A stretch of 63,882 nucleotides of DNA, counting the filler, from Octopus bimaculoides (Eukaryota): assembly GCF_001194135.2 (NCBI RefSeq). It is 6 parts of 5 records of this genome, joined end to end, with 100 filler letters (N's around TTAATTAATTAA, not from the genome) between each part and the next. Parts side by side here need not be neighbours in the genome. Positions count along the whole stretch, not along the records: positions 1 to 16,889 come from NC_068989.1; positions 16,990 to 33,060 come from NC_068985.1; 4 more parts are not named here. One strand, written 5' to 3'. The notes beneath the pieces were generated by a model. The model was given only the letters and a program-made list of their open reading frames with translations. It was not told the origin of the DNA and ran no database searches. The number at the start of each line of letters is the position of its first letter. The stretch's first letter is position 1. This document shows, piece by piece, positions 11,401 through 20,899 of this stretch. Position numbers and translations under genes: made by a program.

Positions 11401-13091
11401 TTTGGCATGGTCTTCTATGGCTGGATGCTCTTCCTAACACCAACCCCTTCAAGAGTGTAACAGGTGCTTTTTACATACCAGTTACGTGACACTGGCTTTG
11501 GCCACGATTATGATTTCACTTGGCTTGACAGGTATTCTCTAGCACTGCATATCACCAAAAGTCTCAGTCACTTGTCATTGCTCTCTGAGGCCTGATGTTC
11601 AAAGATCATGCTTCTTTACTTCATCCCATGGCTTCTTGGATCTACTACTTCCACAGATTCCCTCCATTGTTCGAGATCAGCACCTCTTTACACAGCTGTC
11701 CTTTTCCATGCACATCACATAACTATACCAGTGCAGTCGTCTCTCTTGCACATCAAATCTTATGCCCAACTTTTCTCTCAACCTGCTTACACTTTGTCAT
11801 ACATGCACACTGACACTGCACATCCTGCAAAGCATGCTAGCTTCATTTCTTCTAAGCTTACACATCTCCTCAGTAGTCACAGCCTATGTTTCACTGCTAT
11901 GCAGCATGGCTGTTCATGCACAGGCATCATACAATCTGCTTTTTATTCTGAGGGAGAGGCCCTCTAGTACCAACAAAAGTAGGAACTCTGAACTTTGCCC
12001 AGCCTAGAATGTTGAATTAACTTCTGAGAGGACATTGGAAGTATGTCTATGATAGAAAAAGAAAGTTGAAAACTTTGTTTTCATTCTTGTTTATTTTTTT
12101 CTAGCTATGTTAAGTTTTAGCTGATATAGTTATTCATTGGGAGTTAGATGGCAGAACAAAGACATTCAAATTATATGGAATAATACTTAGGGGTTAATAC
12201 ATGTGATTACAATCCTTCAATGTTTGTTGGAAGAGGCTTAGCTTGTTTTATTAAACAGAGAGAACAACTTTGAAGAATCTCTCTAATTGGCTTTTGTCTC
12301 GTTTATTTCAATGACTTTTATGAATGCTGATCTATCTCAATATTCTACAGTGTCCCCCATTACCAAAATGGACAACCACTTTCTTCTGTCTGCCAACTGT
12401 GAACCAATCACTCTCACTTCCAACTTTCCAAATACTGGATACAGTATTTAACCATTTAACATTCAAACTGGCCGCATCTGACTCAAATATTTTCCCTGTT
12501 TTATGTTGAAACCAGCCAGATTAAGCCTCTTGCACCTACCCTACAATGTTATTCATCATCGAAATCCCAAAGCTATGAGACATGATTACTTCAAAAGCAA
12601 TGTAAATGAACAAGCATTACATTTGAATACTAAAGGGTTACTAAACTGAATACTAAAGGGTGAAAGGATCTTTTCCCACAGTTTTTGTTCTTCTTGCATC
12701 TCAGTGACCACCACTATCACTCCATTCACTGCATTAATCATGTCATTCATGCCTTTTCTTGTAAAATTCAGTCACTTAAATGTCAATCAGAACCAGATTG
12801 CAAAGTCGTCTCTATAGTACTTGTTACATATATTCAATTCTTATAGAAAACTGAATCCTTAGATTGGAAGTTGTAGCATAGATGCCCCTGCCTTCTTTCA
12901 GCTGATCTTTGCTTGTCCATAGTTATTTACTATAAATTTAGTAGAAAATGGCTGTTGTATCCAATCAAATGGTAAAACAACTTTTATTTTTCAAATTTCT
13001 ATCTTTTCAGGGTGGTGTCATCATCGATGATATCTGGGTTACAAAAAGCCAAGATCAGCCAAACTTCAAGTGTAAAAAGATTAGAAGTTAA
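2220..13091 (+). CDS. ACP7: Acid phosphatase type 7 / purple acid phosphatase (long form). 5'-partial spliced gene: join(2220..2402,3228..3253,4134..4231,4953..5021,7301..7529,8806..8934,10609..10680,11134..11271,13011..13091)
   Basis: Nine GT-AG exons splice in frame (1025 nt: 2 nt of a split codon, 340 codons, TAA). PAP motifs GDMG, GDLAY, GNHE, AHKPMY and AHEHSYER appear in order, plus C-terminal HIVTGSAG, YGYT and QVSDDK-GGVIIDDIWV, as in animal ACP7. The signal peptide and most of the N-terminal domain are not in the window. Confidence 0.95.
2861..2988 (+). repeat. SINE-derived 128-bp segment, copy 1 of an intronic direct-repeat pair
   Basis: Differs from 3814-3941 at 2 of 128 positions by eye. 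Confidence 0.85.
3228..3253 (+). CDS. ACP7: ACP7 26-nt micro-exon ((G)DLAYNMDT)
   Basis: Strong pyrimidine tract tttttag/ and donor /gtaagt; supplies the GDxxY motif (Asp and the chromophoric Tyr). Confidence 0.92.
3814..3941 (+). repeat. SINE-derived 128-bp segment, copy 2 (within a longer SINE, about 3680-3985)
   Basis: Near-identical to 2861-2988, same orientation. Confidence 0.85.
4134..4231 (+). CDS. ACP7: ACP7 exon (DNARMGDAFMLQIEPIAAYIPYMVCPGNHEEAY)
   Basis: GNHE motif; acceptor ttttttgaaaag/ and donor /gtaagt. Confidence 0.93.
4953..5021 (+). CDS. ACP7: ACP7 exon (NFSNYKSRFSMPKNGDGENMFYS)
   Basis: Acceptor tttctag/ and donor /gtgtgt; matches the conserved NFSNY..RF.MP segment. Confidence 0.92.
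5540..6780. mobile_element. Decayed CR1/Jockey-like LINE ORF2, internally rearranged (minus 6780-6290, plus 5821-6290, minus 5820-5540)
   Basis: Minus: NYCLITLIASISKVLE...VVALDDTSKV...PQS. Minus: NKDL...IVSFNSTSKT...MLGCII...ARNYFT. Plus: YFSP*QSLTLSKAQIRP(fs)IMQHCFH...HHPY...FKS. Confidence 0.7.
7301..7529 (+). CDS. ACP7: ACP7 exon (FNIGPAHIISFSSEVYYY...RPWIIAMAHKPMYCSNNDDPSMCNNKTNP)
   Basis: Acceptor ctttacag/ and donor /gtaagt; GPAHIISF and RPWII.M.H.PMYCS motifs. Confidence 0.94.
8380..8548 (-). mobile_element. tRNA-derived SINE (family A), 5'-truncated
   Basis: Shares the core ...gaaaggtaaagttgaccttggcaggatttgaactcagaa with the copies at 24370, 49464, 58431 and 63426. Confidence 0.8.
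8806..8934 (+). CDS. ACP7: ACP7 exon (VRIGTAFEPEKGLEDLFCNYGVDIYFSAHEHSYERIFPVYDFM)
   Basis: Acceptor tgtcag/ and donor /gtgagt; HEHSYER metal-ligand motif. Confidence 0.94.
9385..10040 (+). mobile_element. R4/Dong-like (RLE-class) non-LTR retrotransposon RT fragment in an ACP7 intron
   Basis: TFWKSLW...EAGW, HEWKSPRHD, PNWLILGITYLL, KYRPIICLTTMY, EQK...KDQQLIN...RRNLS motifs, with stops and frameshifts. Confidence 0.8.
10609..10680 (+). CDS. ACP7: ACP7 exon (VKNGSTKNPYKNPKATVHIVTGSA)
   Basis: Acceptor tttcgtag/ and donor /gtgagt; NGS...PY.NP...VHI.TGSA motif. Confidence 0.93.
11134..11271 (+). CDS. ACP7: ACP7 exon (GNVEGQDPF...DDYGYTLTTIHNNTHIHLEQVSDDK)
   Basis: Acceptor ctcatcag/ and donor /gtgagt; C-terminal PAP domain motif YGYT...N.THIH..QVSDD. 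Confidence 0.93.
11300..12005 (-). mobile_element. RTE-clade LINE 3' portion (ORF C-terminus, 3'UTR, (GAT)n tail) in the last ACP7 intron
   Basis: Minus strand GWAKFR...; homologous to 13678-14762 and 47170-47510; ends in the (CAT)n tail on the + strand. Confidence 0.8.
13011..13091 (+). CDS. ACP7: ACP7 terminal exon (GGVIIDDIWVTKSQDQPNFKCKKIRS*)
   Basis: Acceptor atcttttcag/; G.I.DD.W motif; TAA at 13089-13091. Confidence 0.9.
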   Translation, partial: GGVIIDDIWVTKSQDQPNFKCKKIRS

Positions 13092-13312
13092 ATTTTATTT
13101 AATTTTCTTGTGAAACAGAACCAAGTTGTTTAGTTTTCTTTTGTAGTCTATCAACATTCTTTTTTAGATTTCAATTGTTTCTCTCTTAAATTTACCTTTT
13201 TTTCAGAAATATTTCAAGTGGGTTTTTTTTTTTTAAATATGAAAAAAATTTTGTTGTTGTTATATATGTATATAACGATTTCTACTGAAGATATTTATAT
13301 GTTTATTCTTTT

Positions 13313-13318
13313 AATAAA
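13313..13318 (+). terminator. Candidate polyadenylation signal of ACP7 (AATAAA)
   Basis: First canonical AATAAA about 220 nt after the stop codon, followed by T-rich sequence. Confidence 0.5.
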
Positions 13319-13677
13319 ATGAGATAAAATAATCTGGAGTTTATTTCTTTTTATATCTGAGTGAATTTTGACATCAAGTGAAGCAGTTTTGTTTTTCTTT
13401 TTATGCATGAGAGAATGTTTGGTGACAGTACTTTTATGCTTGGAATAATATTATCAGGGAGCCTTACAGCTGACCAGGGATTTAAATGCTGTCACCGTAA
13501 TTGTTCTGTGTGCTCATTGCCCTTTATAGTCTGTATTGAATGGAACATCGTTGTAAACACTGGAGAATAGAATTGTTAAATAAGGGGTTCATATAATCAA
13601 CTTGATCCCTCCCCTTAAAACTGTTGGCTTTGTGCCAACTTCCACTGGTATGGAAACAGGATGCATATGGATGAGGA

Positions 13678-14762
13678 TCATCATCATCATCATCGTTTAA
13701 CATCTGCCTGGCATGGATTGGATGGTTTGACTGAGGACTGGCAAGCCAGAAGGCTGCACTAGGCTCCAATCTGGTCTGGCAAGGTTTCAATGGCTGGATG
13801 CCCTTCCTAATGCCAACCACTCTGAGAGTGTAGTGGTTGCTTTTTGTGTACCACCGGCACAGGGGCCAGTCAGGCAGCACTAGCATCGACCATGCTCAAA
13901 TGGTGCTTTTTATGTGCCACCGGCATGGGAGCTAGTCAGGTGGCACTGGTATTGACTGCACTTGAATGCTGCTTTTTACGTCCCACTAGCACAGGAGCCA
14001 GTCTAGCATCACTGGCGTCGACCACACTCAAATGGTGCTTTTTAAATGCCACCAGCATGGGTGCCAGTCAGGCGGTACTGGCAACAACCATCACAACAAT
14101 TTTACTTGGTTCAACATGTCTTCTCAAGCACAGCATATTGCCTGATCATTGAAGGATACTCTTAAATGGGCTGGTTATGCAACACTGGCATGGGCCATGG
14201 CCATGATCTCACTTGCCTTGCTGGGTCTTCTCAAGTGCAGCATATCTCCAAAGGTCTTGGTCTCCTGTCATTGCCTCTGTGAGGCCCAATGTTCGAAGGT
14301 CATGCTTCACCACCTCATCCCATGTCTTCCTGGGTCTACCTCTTCCACAGTTAGGGAGTGGCACTTCCTCACACAGCTGCCCTCATTCATACATAACACA
14401 TGACCATACCAGCCCAGTCATATCTCTTGCATACCATATCTGATGCTTCTCACGCTCAACTTTTTTTTCGGGGTGCTTACACTCTGTTGTGTATGCACAC
14501 TGACATTACACATCCAGTAGAGCATACTGGCTTCATTCCTTTCAAGCCTATGCATGTCTTCAGCAGTCACAGCCCATGATCCACTGCTGTATAGCATGGC
14601 TGTTCACACACATGCATCATACAGTCTACCTTTCACTCTGAGCGAAAGGTCCTTTGTTGCCAGCAGAGGTAGGAGCTCTCTGAACTTTGACCAGGCTATT
14701 CTTATTCTAGCAGCTATGCTGTCAGAGCATCCACCCCCACTTCGTCATTTCCTCTGCGAGGC
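13678..14762 (-). mobile_element. RTE-clade LINE 3' portion with sub-repeated 3'UTR
   Basis: Same ORF C-terminus and 3'UTR core (gctggatgcccttcctaatgccaaccac); about 60-bp subrepeats at 13850-14070; (CAT)n tail. Confidence 0.8.
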
Positions 14763-15299
14763 TCAAGATCCTAAGATCAAGACACAAATTCACTTAAAGC
14801 ATCATGCAAACCAAATATAAAAATAACATAGGATAATCTCCCTACCTCTGATTATCAATAAAAAAAAATTCACTCTCACTTTTGTTTCATTCAGCAGCAA
14901 CCTAAAGATAATTCATGCTTCAGTTAACAATCCTGTCCAACTCTGCAATATGTCTATGATCCTCAGAGTAGAGTACAACAACCAACCATCTGAAACATTA
15001 TATATTTTTCATTTGACAACACAAGAGATCTCTTTGATAACAAATTGACTTGCAGACTACCTCTAGTCTTCGAAGTTATCATCATCATTTAAAGCCTGTG
15101 TTCCATATGCTGGCATAGGTTGGATGGTTTGACAGAATCTAATGAACCCAAAGACTGCATCATGCTCCAATGTCTGTTTTGGGCATGGTTTCTATGACTG
15201 GATGCCCTTCTTAATACCAACCATTTTACAACAAGGACTGGGTTATCTTTTTGTGCTACCTGCACTATCGAGGTCACCATGCAACTCACAGAACTACAA

Positions 15300-15830
15300 A
15301 TTCTAGAGGAGATGGACAGATGGTCAGTATCATGCTTCTGGATGAGGAGATTGAACTATGGGAAGTGATGGGGGGCAGTGCAGGTTCTTGCAGAGGATCT
15401 GAATGGCTACTCACATCTAGGAGGAGAAAGGGAAGAGAAAATGAACAGTAGAAACTGCAAGCGATAGATAATGGTGACGATATGACTAGGTGGCGCTACA
15501 AGGTACAAGGTGAGTTGAAGAATCAGTTTGCAAGGATGTATAGGAAGGAGAATGGGGGGACAGTGAGACGGACTGCCCGAAGGGGTAAGATCGAAGGATG
15601 GATGAACATAGAGCCATGAGTTGTGGAAGATAGAGGGATGCAGTAGAGAATGAAGAGGACAAGCAGTATGAATAGTAAAGATGATACAGTTGTGAGGGTG
15701 GTGGCGAGGACAAGACAGAGGGATGACATGGTTGGTAGTCTGCAGGAGCCATGGGGGTGTGGAGAAGAGGAAGATCTAATGCAAAGGAGTAGGTGATGAA
15801 TCACTGTAATGTGGATGGAAATTACAATGC
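15300..15830 (-). mobile_element. Possible L2/CR1 endonuclease-region remnant
   Basis: Pyrimidine-rich minus strand with an IVTIIYR-like motif; heavily decayed. Confidence 0.35.
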
Positions 15831-16511
15831 ATGGCACTTCCATAAACAAAGTTTTGCTGATGGAGGCAGGTCTTTCGAGAACCTCATAGTGCCAGAGATC
15901 TCATTACCTCTGTGAAGCTCAGGATCCTGAGATCAACCTTAACCACTTCACCCCATATCTTCCTGGGTCTCCCTCTTCCACAGGTTTCAGCCATTTTGAA
16001 TGACTATGGGCCTCACGGAGGCAATGACCATGCCCTTTGGCATTATGTCATGCTTGAGAAGAAGACCCATCACACCAAACAAAATCACAGTTGTGGCAGA
16101 TACGGGTGTCACCCAAATTGGCACTCATGCCAGTGGCATGTAAATGCACCCCAGTGTCATACAAATGTCACCTATTGCACTTGTTACATAAAAGCACCCA
16201 TTACATTCTCAGAGTGGTTGGCATTAGGAAGGGCATTCAGCTGTAGAAAACCATGCCACATCAGACTGGAGTCTGGTGCAGCCTTCCAGCATGCCAACCC
16301 AGTCAAACCGTCCAACCCATGCCAGCATGGGCAACGGACATTAAATGATGATGAGGATGATTACTTTTTTTTATATAGTATCGCTATGTCTAAATGAAAT
16401 CGGTAAATTTCTGTATTAACCCCTGCACGATTTTCACTAAGAAAAAGAAAAACTCAGATTTTTTACATGGAATCAAGTACCCTGACCTCCTACTATGCTG
16501 CAAATCCTTAA

Positions 16512-16775
16512 TGTTATGTTTCCCTCGGGTGACTCGCAGAGATAACACAACGAGTTATACAATTTAATTATTACATTTATTGTTCAATTACATACAAAGA
16601 ACGCACTCACCCAATGTTCGTTATGAATAAACAAAAGTCATGTCCGCCATATATATATCAATGACATTTTACTACGACAGTCCCACAAGACAACAACAAT
16701 GGAACAATGAACTCAGACGAACCACATGACACACGGAACGTCAGACGAATTACATATCTAACAGTCCATATAACA
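16512..16775. mobile_element. Solo LTR copy 1 (264 bp, TGTTAT...ATAACA, TSD CTTAA)
   Basis: TG...CA termini with 6-bp terminal inverted repeat; CTTAA at 16507-16511 and 16776-16780; differs from 33165-33428 at 3 positions. Confidence 0.9.
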
Positions 16776-16889
16776 CTTAATTTTGGTTTGCAAAAGGGGG
16801 GGGGGCAGGGTCCCTCCCGCAATCATTGGAAATATTTTTCTCTGTTGAACGAATTCCTGTGACCTCCTAATATGCTACAAAACCTTTTT

Positions 16890-16989
16890 NNNNNNNNNNN
16901 NNNNNNNNNNNNNNNNNNNNNNNNNNNNNNNNNTTAATTAATTAANNNNNNNNNNNNNNNNNNNNNNNNNNNNNNNNNNNNNNNNNNNN
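16890..16989. other. Artificial contig/scaffold spacer N44-TTAATTAATTAA-N44
   Basis: Exactly 100 bp; the 12-mer gives stops in all six frames; repeated identically five times in the window. Confidence 0.95.
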
Positions 16990-17172
16990 CATACTAATAT
17001 ATACTTTTGTTATTTACACCACCTGTCCTCGTCTGTTGTTATTTTTTGTATATTCTCCCATATATATATATATATATATATATATAAATGTATGTATATA
17101 TATATATAAATGTATGTATATATATATATAAATGTATGTATATATATATATATATGTGTATGTATGTATATA

Positions 17173-17207
<35 letters not shown>

Positions 17208-17759
17208 GTATATAGATATAGATATAAGTATGCGCACACACAGATACAGACATGTGTGTGTATGTATAATATGCTAAATTTATGAACCAATGATGGTGAA
17301 TCCAAGTGGTCAGTTAATTTGCTAGAAATAGCTTGTAAGTCACCTTCATATAACATTTTGTTCTCTTAGAAGAGAAGGAACCTATTGAATAATGTAATTA
17401 CAGATATACTGCTTCTGTAAAAAAGACAGGATAGCCATGGTGGGAATGCCTTTCATCATCAGTTTCTTCTAACCTGCTTGACATGAGACTAAGCAATAAC
17501 AACAAGAATTACTTAAATATACTTTTTTACTCAAAGAAGAACAATAAACAACAGGATCGAAAATGGATTCACCAAAATGTCTAGTGATATTTTATTAGTT
17601 TCTCTGAGGTTCATCTTTTTGTGTTTGATGAAAATAATTACCAGGGAAGTATCACCGTATCAGCCACCTCTGTCCCTCTATCATATTCTAACATACAGCC
17701 ATTAATCTCAGTTTCTCTCCCAGCTGAGAGGGTTTTGTCTTGAAAACTACTTGGCAACC

Positions 17760-18040
17760 CCACTGGCGCTGGTGTCCATGTTGGTGCCACATAAAGTGCA
17801 GCTGTGCTGGCACCACAGAAAATGCACTTGGTGCCACATTAAAAGCACCTGAGCTGGTGCCACATGAAAAGCACCCAGTACAGTCTGTAAAGACATTGGC
17901 TTTAGGAAGAGCATCCAGCTGTAGAAATCTTGCCAAAACAGACAACCGGAGCCTGGCACAGTTCTCTGACTTGCCAGCTTCTGTCAGATTGATCAACCAA
18001 TGCCAGTATTGAAAACGGACATTAAATGGTGATGATGATC
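17760..18040 (+). mobile_element. RTE-type 3'UTR/tail fragment
   Basis: ttggctttaggaagagcatccagctgtagaaa core and ...ttaaatggtgatgatgat tail. Similar fragments at 655-840, 15080-15290, 16190-16355, 19200-19400, 26560-26670, 27600-27760, 30690-30860 and 50940-51130. Confidence 0.75.
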
Positions 18041-18414
18041 TCCTCACTCTCTGGTACCAGCATTGTAAATATGAAGCTAGAAGACCTCAGTTAATGTCAC
18101 CCTCATGACTCTATCATTCAGCATCTTGTGAGTCTCACTGTTGACCATTGCTCTTCTGATTCTCCTACGTCAGCCATGTTGTTTTCCAAGACTTCCGTTA
18201 GTGATTTTCATTTAACGTAGCCCCACCTTCCTTGAGACTTACCTGACTTAATTAGACCTGACAAATGCTAGTCTCCTGCAGTATTGCTCATAAGTAGCAC
18301 ACCCATTGGTTTCGGCAACAAAGGTTCCAGTTGATAAAATCAACAAAACAGCTTGCTCATGAAATTAGCATGAAAGTGGCTGAGTACTCGACAGACATGA
18401 ATACTCTTAACATA

Positions 18415-18720
18415 TTTCATTATTTACATTATTTATATTTGACAGATATTTGTCCTCATCTTGTTTGTTGTTAACAAATTTCGGCTATTATACCCTCCAG
18501 CCTTCATCATGTATCTTGGGGAAATTTCAAACCTGGGTTCTCATTCCTAAGGTATTTTTCTATGTTATTATTATTATTATTATTGTTATTCAGATAACTT
18601 CCTGGAATCGAACTTGGAATCTTGGGGTTAGTAGCCTGCACTCTTAGCCACTACGTCATATGCCTGTGGGCAATTTAGGGTTTATAAATCTAATATTTTC
18701 CAAACCTTCCTTAAAACCCA
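18415..18720 (-). mobile_element. SINE-like element: tRNA-like head, (AAT)n, then a degenerate hammerhead-like motif
   Basis: Minus strand A-box-like TGACGTAGTGG, B-box GTTCGATTCC (18604-18613 on +), then ATGATGA-a-GGCT...AGCC-GAAA. Confidence 0.6.
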
Positions 18721-20399
18721 AACCACTAAGCCGTGTGCCTTCACAATATTGCACAGAGAGTCATTAAGATACACAACCAAGATGAAGATGTCAGTTTGTT
18801 TATGAGGAAGGATTGGTGACTGGCAGAACTGTTAGAATATTTGGCAAAATGTCTTACACTAATCAGATTCATGTATTCATGCCCTGAGTTCAGATCCCTC
18901 CATGACCTCCCTGTCTTTTCATTTGTCCTGATTAAATGTAAGTTACTCTGTCAGGTTCTTGAGAAAATTGATTCTCTTCATCTTCCAAATATCTCGTCTG
19001 CTGCCGATGAAGCAAATCAATATTTTATGTTGTCTGTGATGATTTATTTAACTCAGGCTTTTCTTTCAAAGCCAAAGATACTCTTGAGCAGGGAAAATGA
19101 GATTGAACTCGACACTTGGACCACCCTTAAAGTGGAAGTAGCATAAAAAGGATTCATTTGGAATTTTCCCTGCTGTAACCATGGTATTGGTCCCACATAG
19201 AATGTTCCTCTGCTGGTGCCATATAAAAATCACCCAGTGCCACTCTGTAAAGTGGTTGGTGTTAGGAAGGGCATCCAACTGTAGAAATCATGCCAAAACA
19301 GACAAATGGAACCTGATGCAGCTGTCTGGGTTGCCAGCTCCTGTCAAACCATCCAACCCATGCCAGCATGGAAAGCAGACGTTAAATGATGATGATGGTG
19401 GTGGTGGTGATGATGATGGTGGTGATGGTGGTGGTGGTGGTGGTAGTGGTGGTGGTGGTGGTGGTGGTGGTGGTGGTGGTGAATCTTTTACTTAAAGATG
19501 TTTAGGAAACATCACTATAAGTCAACCAAATCGACACCCCAGCAGCACCTGAGAAGCCCAAGCATACAGAGGTGAAACAAAATGCTGCCAAATATTTTGT
19601 CTGTTGCTCAAACAATTCTACTAATCCACCAGTAGAGTCACCAGAAAGAATCTTTCTGTCTTTCAGTCGATGAAATATCATTAAAAAATAAATTAATGAA
19701 ATAGATAAAAGAATAAAGATATAAAAAAGAGTGCAAAAAAACTGAATTAATTTCCTGATTGTTTTAAAATTCTTGTCCAGCATCTCTAGTATAATTAATT
19801 ATATATAATATTCATTTATATATAGCACATAATTAATTATATATAATATTCAATATATCTTTATTAATGATCAAAGTTCTAAATGAAACTAGATACATAT
19901 GGATAGAATAGAAAACTAATAATTTTTTTGAGGTTATTAATAGCAGCACAAATATTTATGAATTAGGGATAGTAAATGAGAGAATCGGTAGAGTGCTGGA
20001 CAAGATGCCTTGTGGTGTTTAAATACATATCAATACTCACCAGTCTTAAATTGGCCTTTCATCCTCCTGAAGCTGAAAATTAACTGGATGGATGTGTAAA
20101 GGTGAGTTAACGAACTGTGTCTAAGGCAAAAATCTGGAAACAAATGCCATTATTTGGGCAACAAAATTGCTAGAAAACTGGACAGAATGGCTTGTTGTGT
20201 TCATTCAGTCTTTTAATTTCCAAGTTCCAAAACTGCTGAGGTTGACTTTTATCATTTGAGCCAAATTAAAATACCAATCAAGTATTGACAGAATTAACAA
20301 CCTCCACCCCCCCCCCCACTCCATATTTCTAGCCTTGTGCTCAGCTATGACATTTTTATTCCTGTTGTGCTTCCAGTTTTATATCCTGTAGAGTCAAAC

Positions 20400-20632
20400 T
20401 TAACCCTTTCATTACTGTATTTATTTTGAGATGCTCTCTGTTTCTTTCAATTAATTTTAAATATAACAAAGAATTTAGTAAAATAACTTAGTTATTATCA
20501 TTAAGCTAGTGTTAGGAACATAAATTGTGACTAAGATTTGGTGAAAGATTTTAATACAAAACTTACGAAAACAAGACATTTGTACTACAGAGTCAGACAC
20601 AGTTTCAGCCAGGTTGGTATCAAAAAGGTTAA
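20400..20632. mobile_element. piggyBac-like TTAA MITE, copy 1
   Basis: TTAA-CCCTTT...AAAAGG-TTAA termini; body homologous to 20656-20864 and 40987-41210. Confidence 0.75.
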
Positions 20633-20655
20633 GAATTGTTTCTCTATTATATATT

Positions 20656-20864
20656 TTAACCCTTTTGTCACTGTATTTCTGTTGAGATGCTCTGTGTTTC
20701 TTTCAGTTACTTTAAATATAACAAAGAATTTAGTAAAAATAACTTAGTTATCATTAAGCTAGTGTTAGGTTTGGTGGAAGATTTTAATTCAAAACTTATA
20801 AAAACAAGACATTTGTACTCAGAGTCAGAGCCGGTTTCTGCCGGGTTGGTAACAAAAGGTTTAA
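20656..20864. mobile_element. piggyBac-like TTAA MITE, copy 2 (internally shorter)
   Basis: TTAA-CCCTTTTGT...ACAAAAGGT-TTAA; lies 23 bp after copy 1. Confidence 0.75.
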
Positions 20865-20899
20865 ACTCTGAATATGTGTCACTATAGAGATGCTCACTA

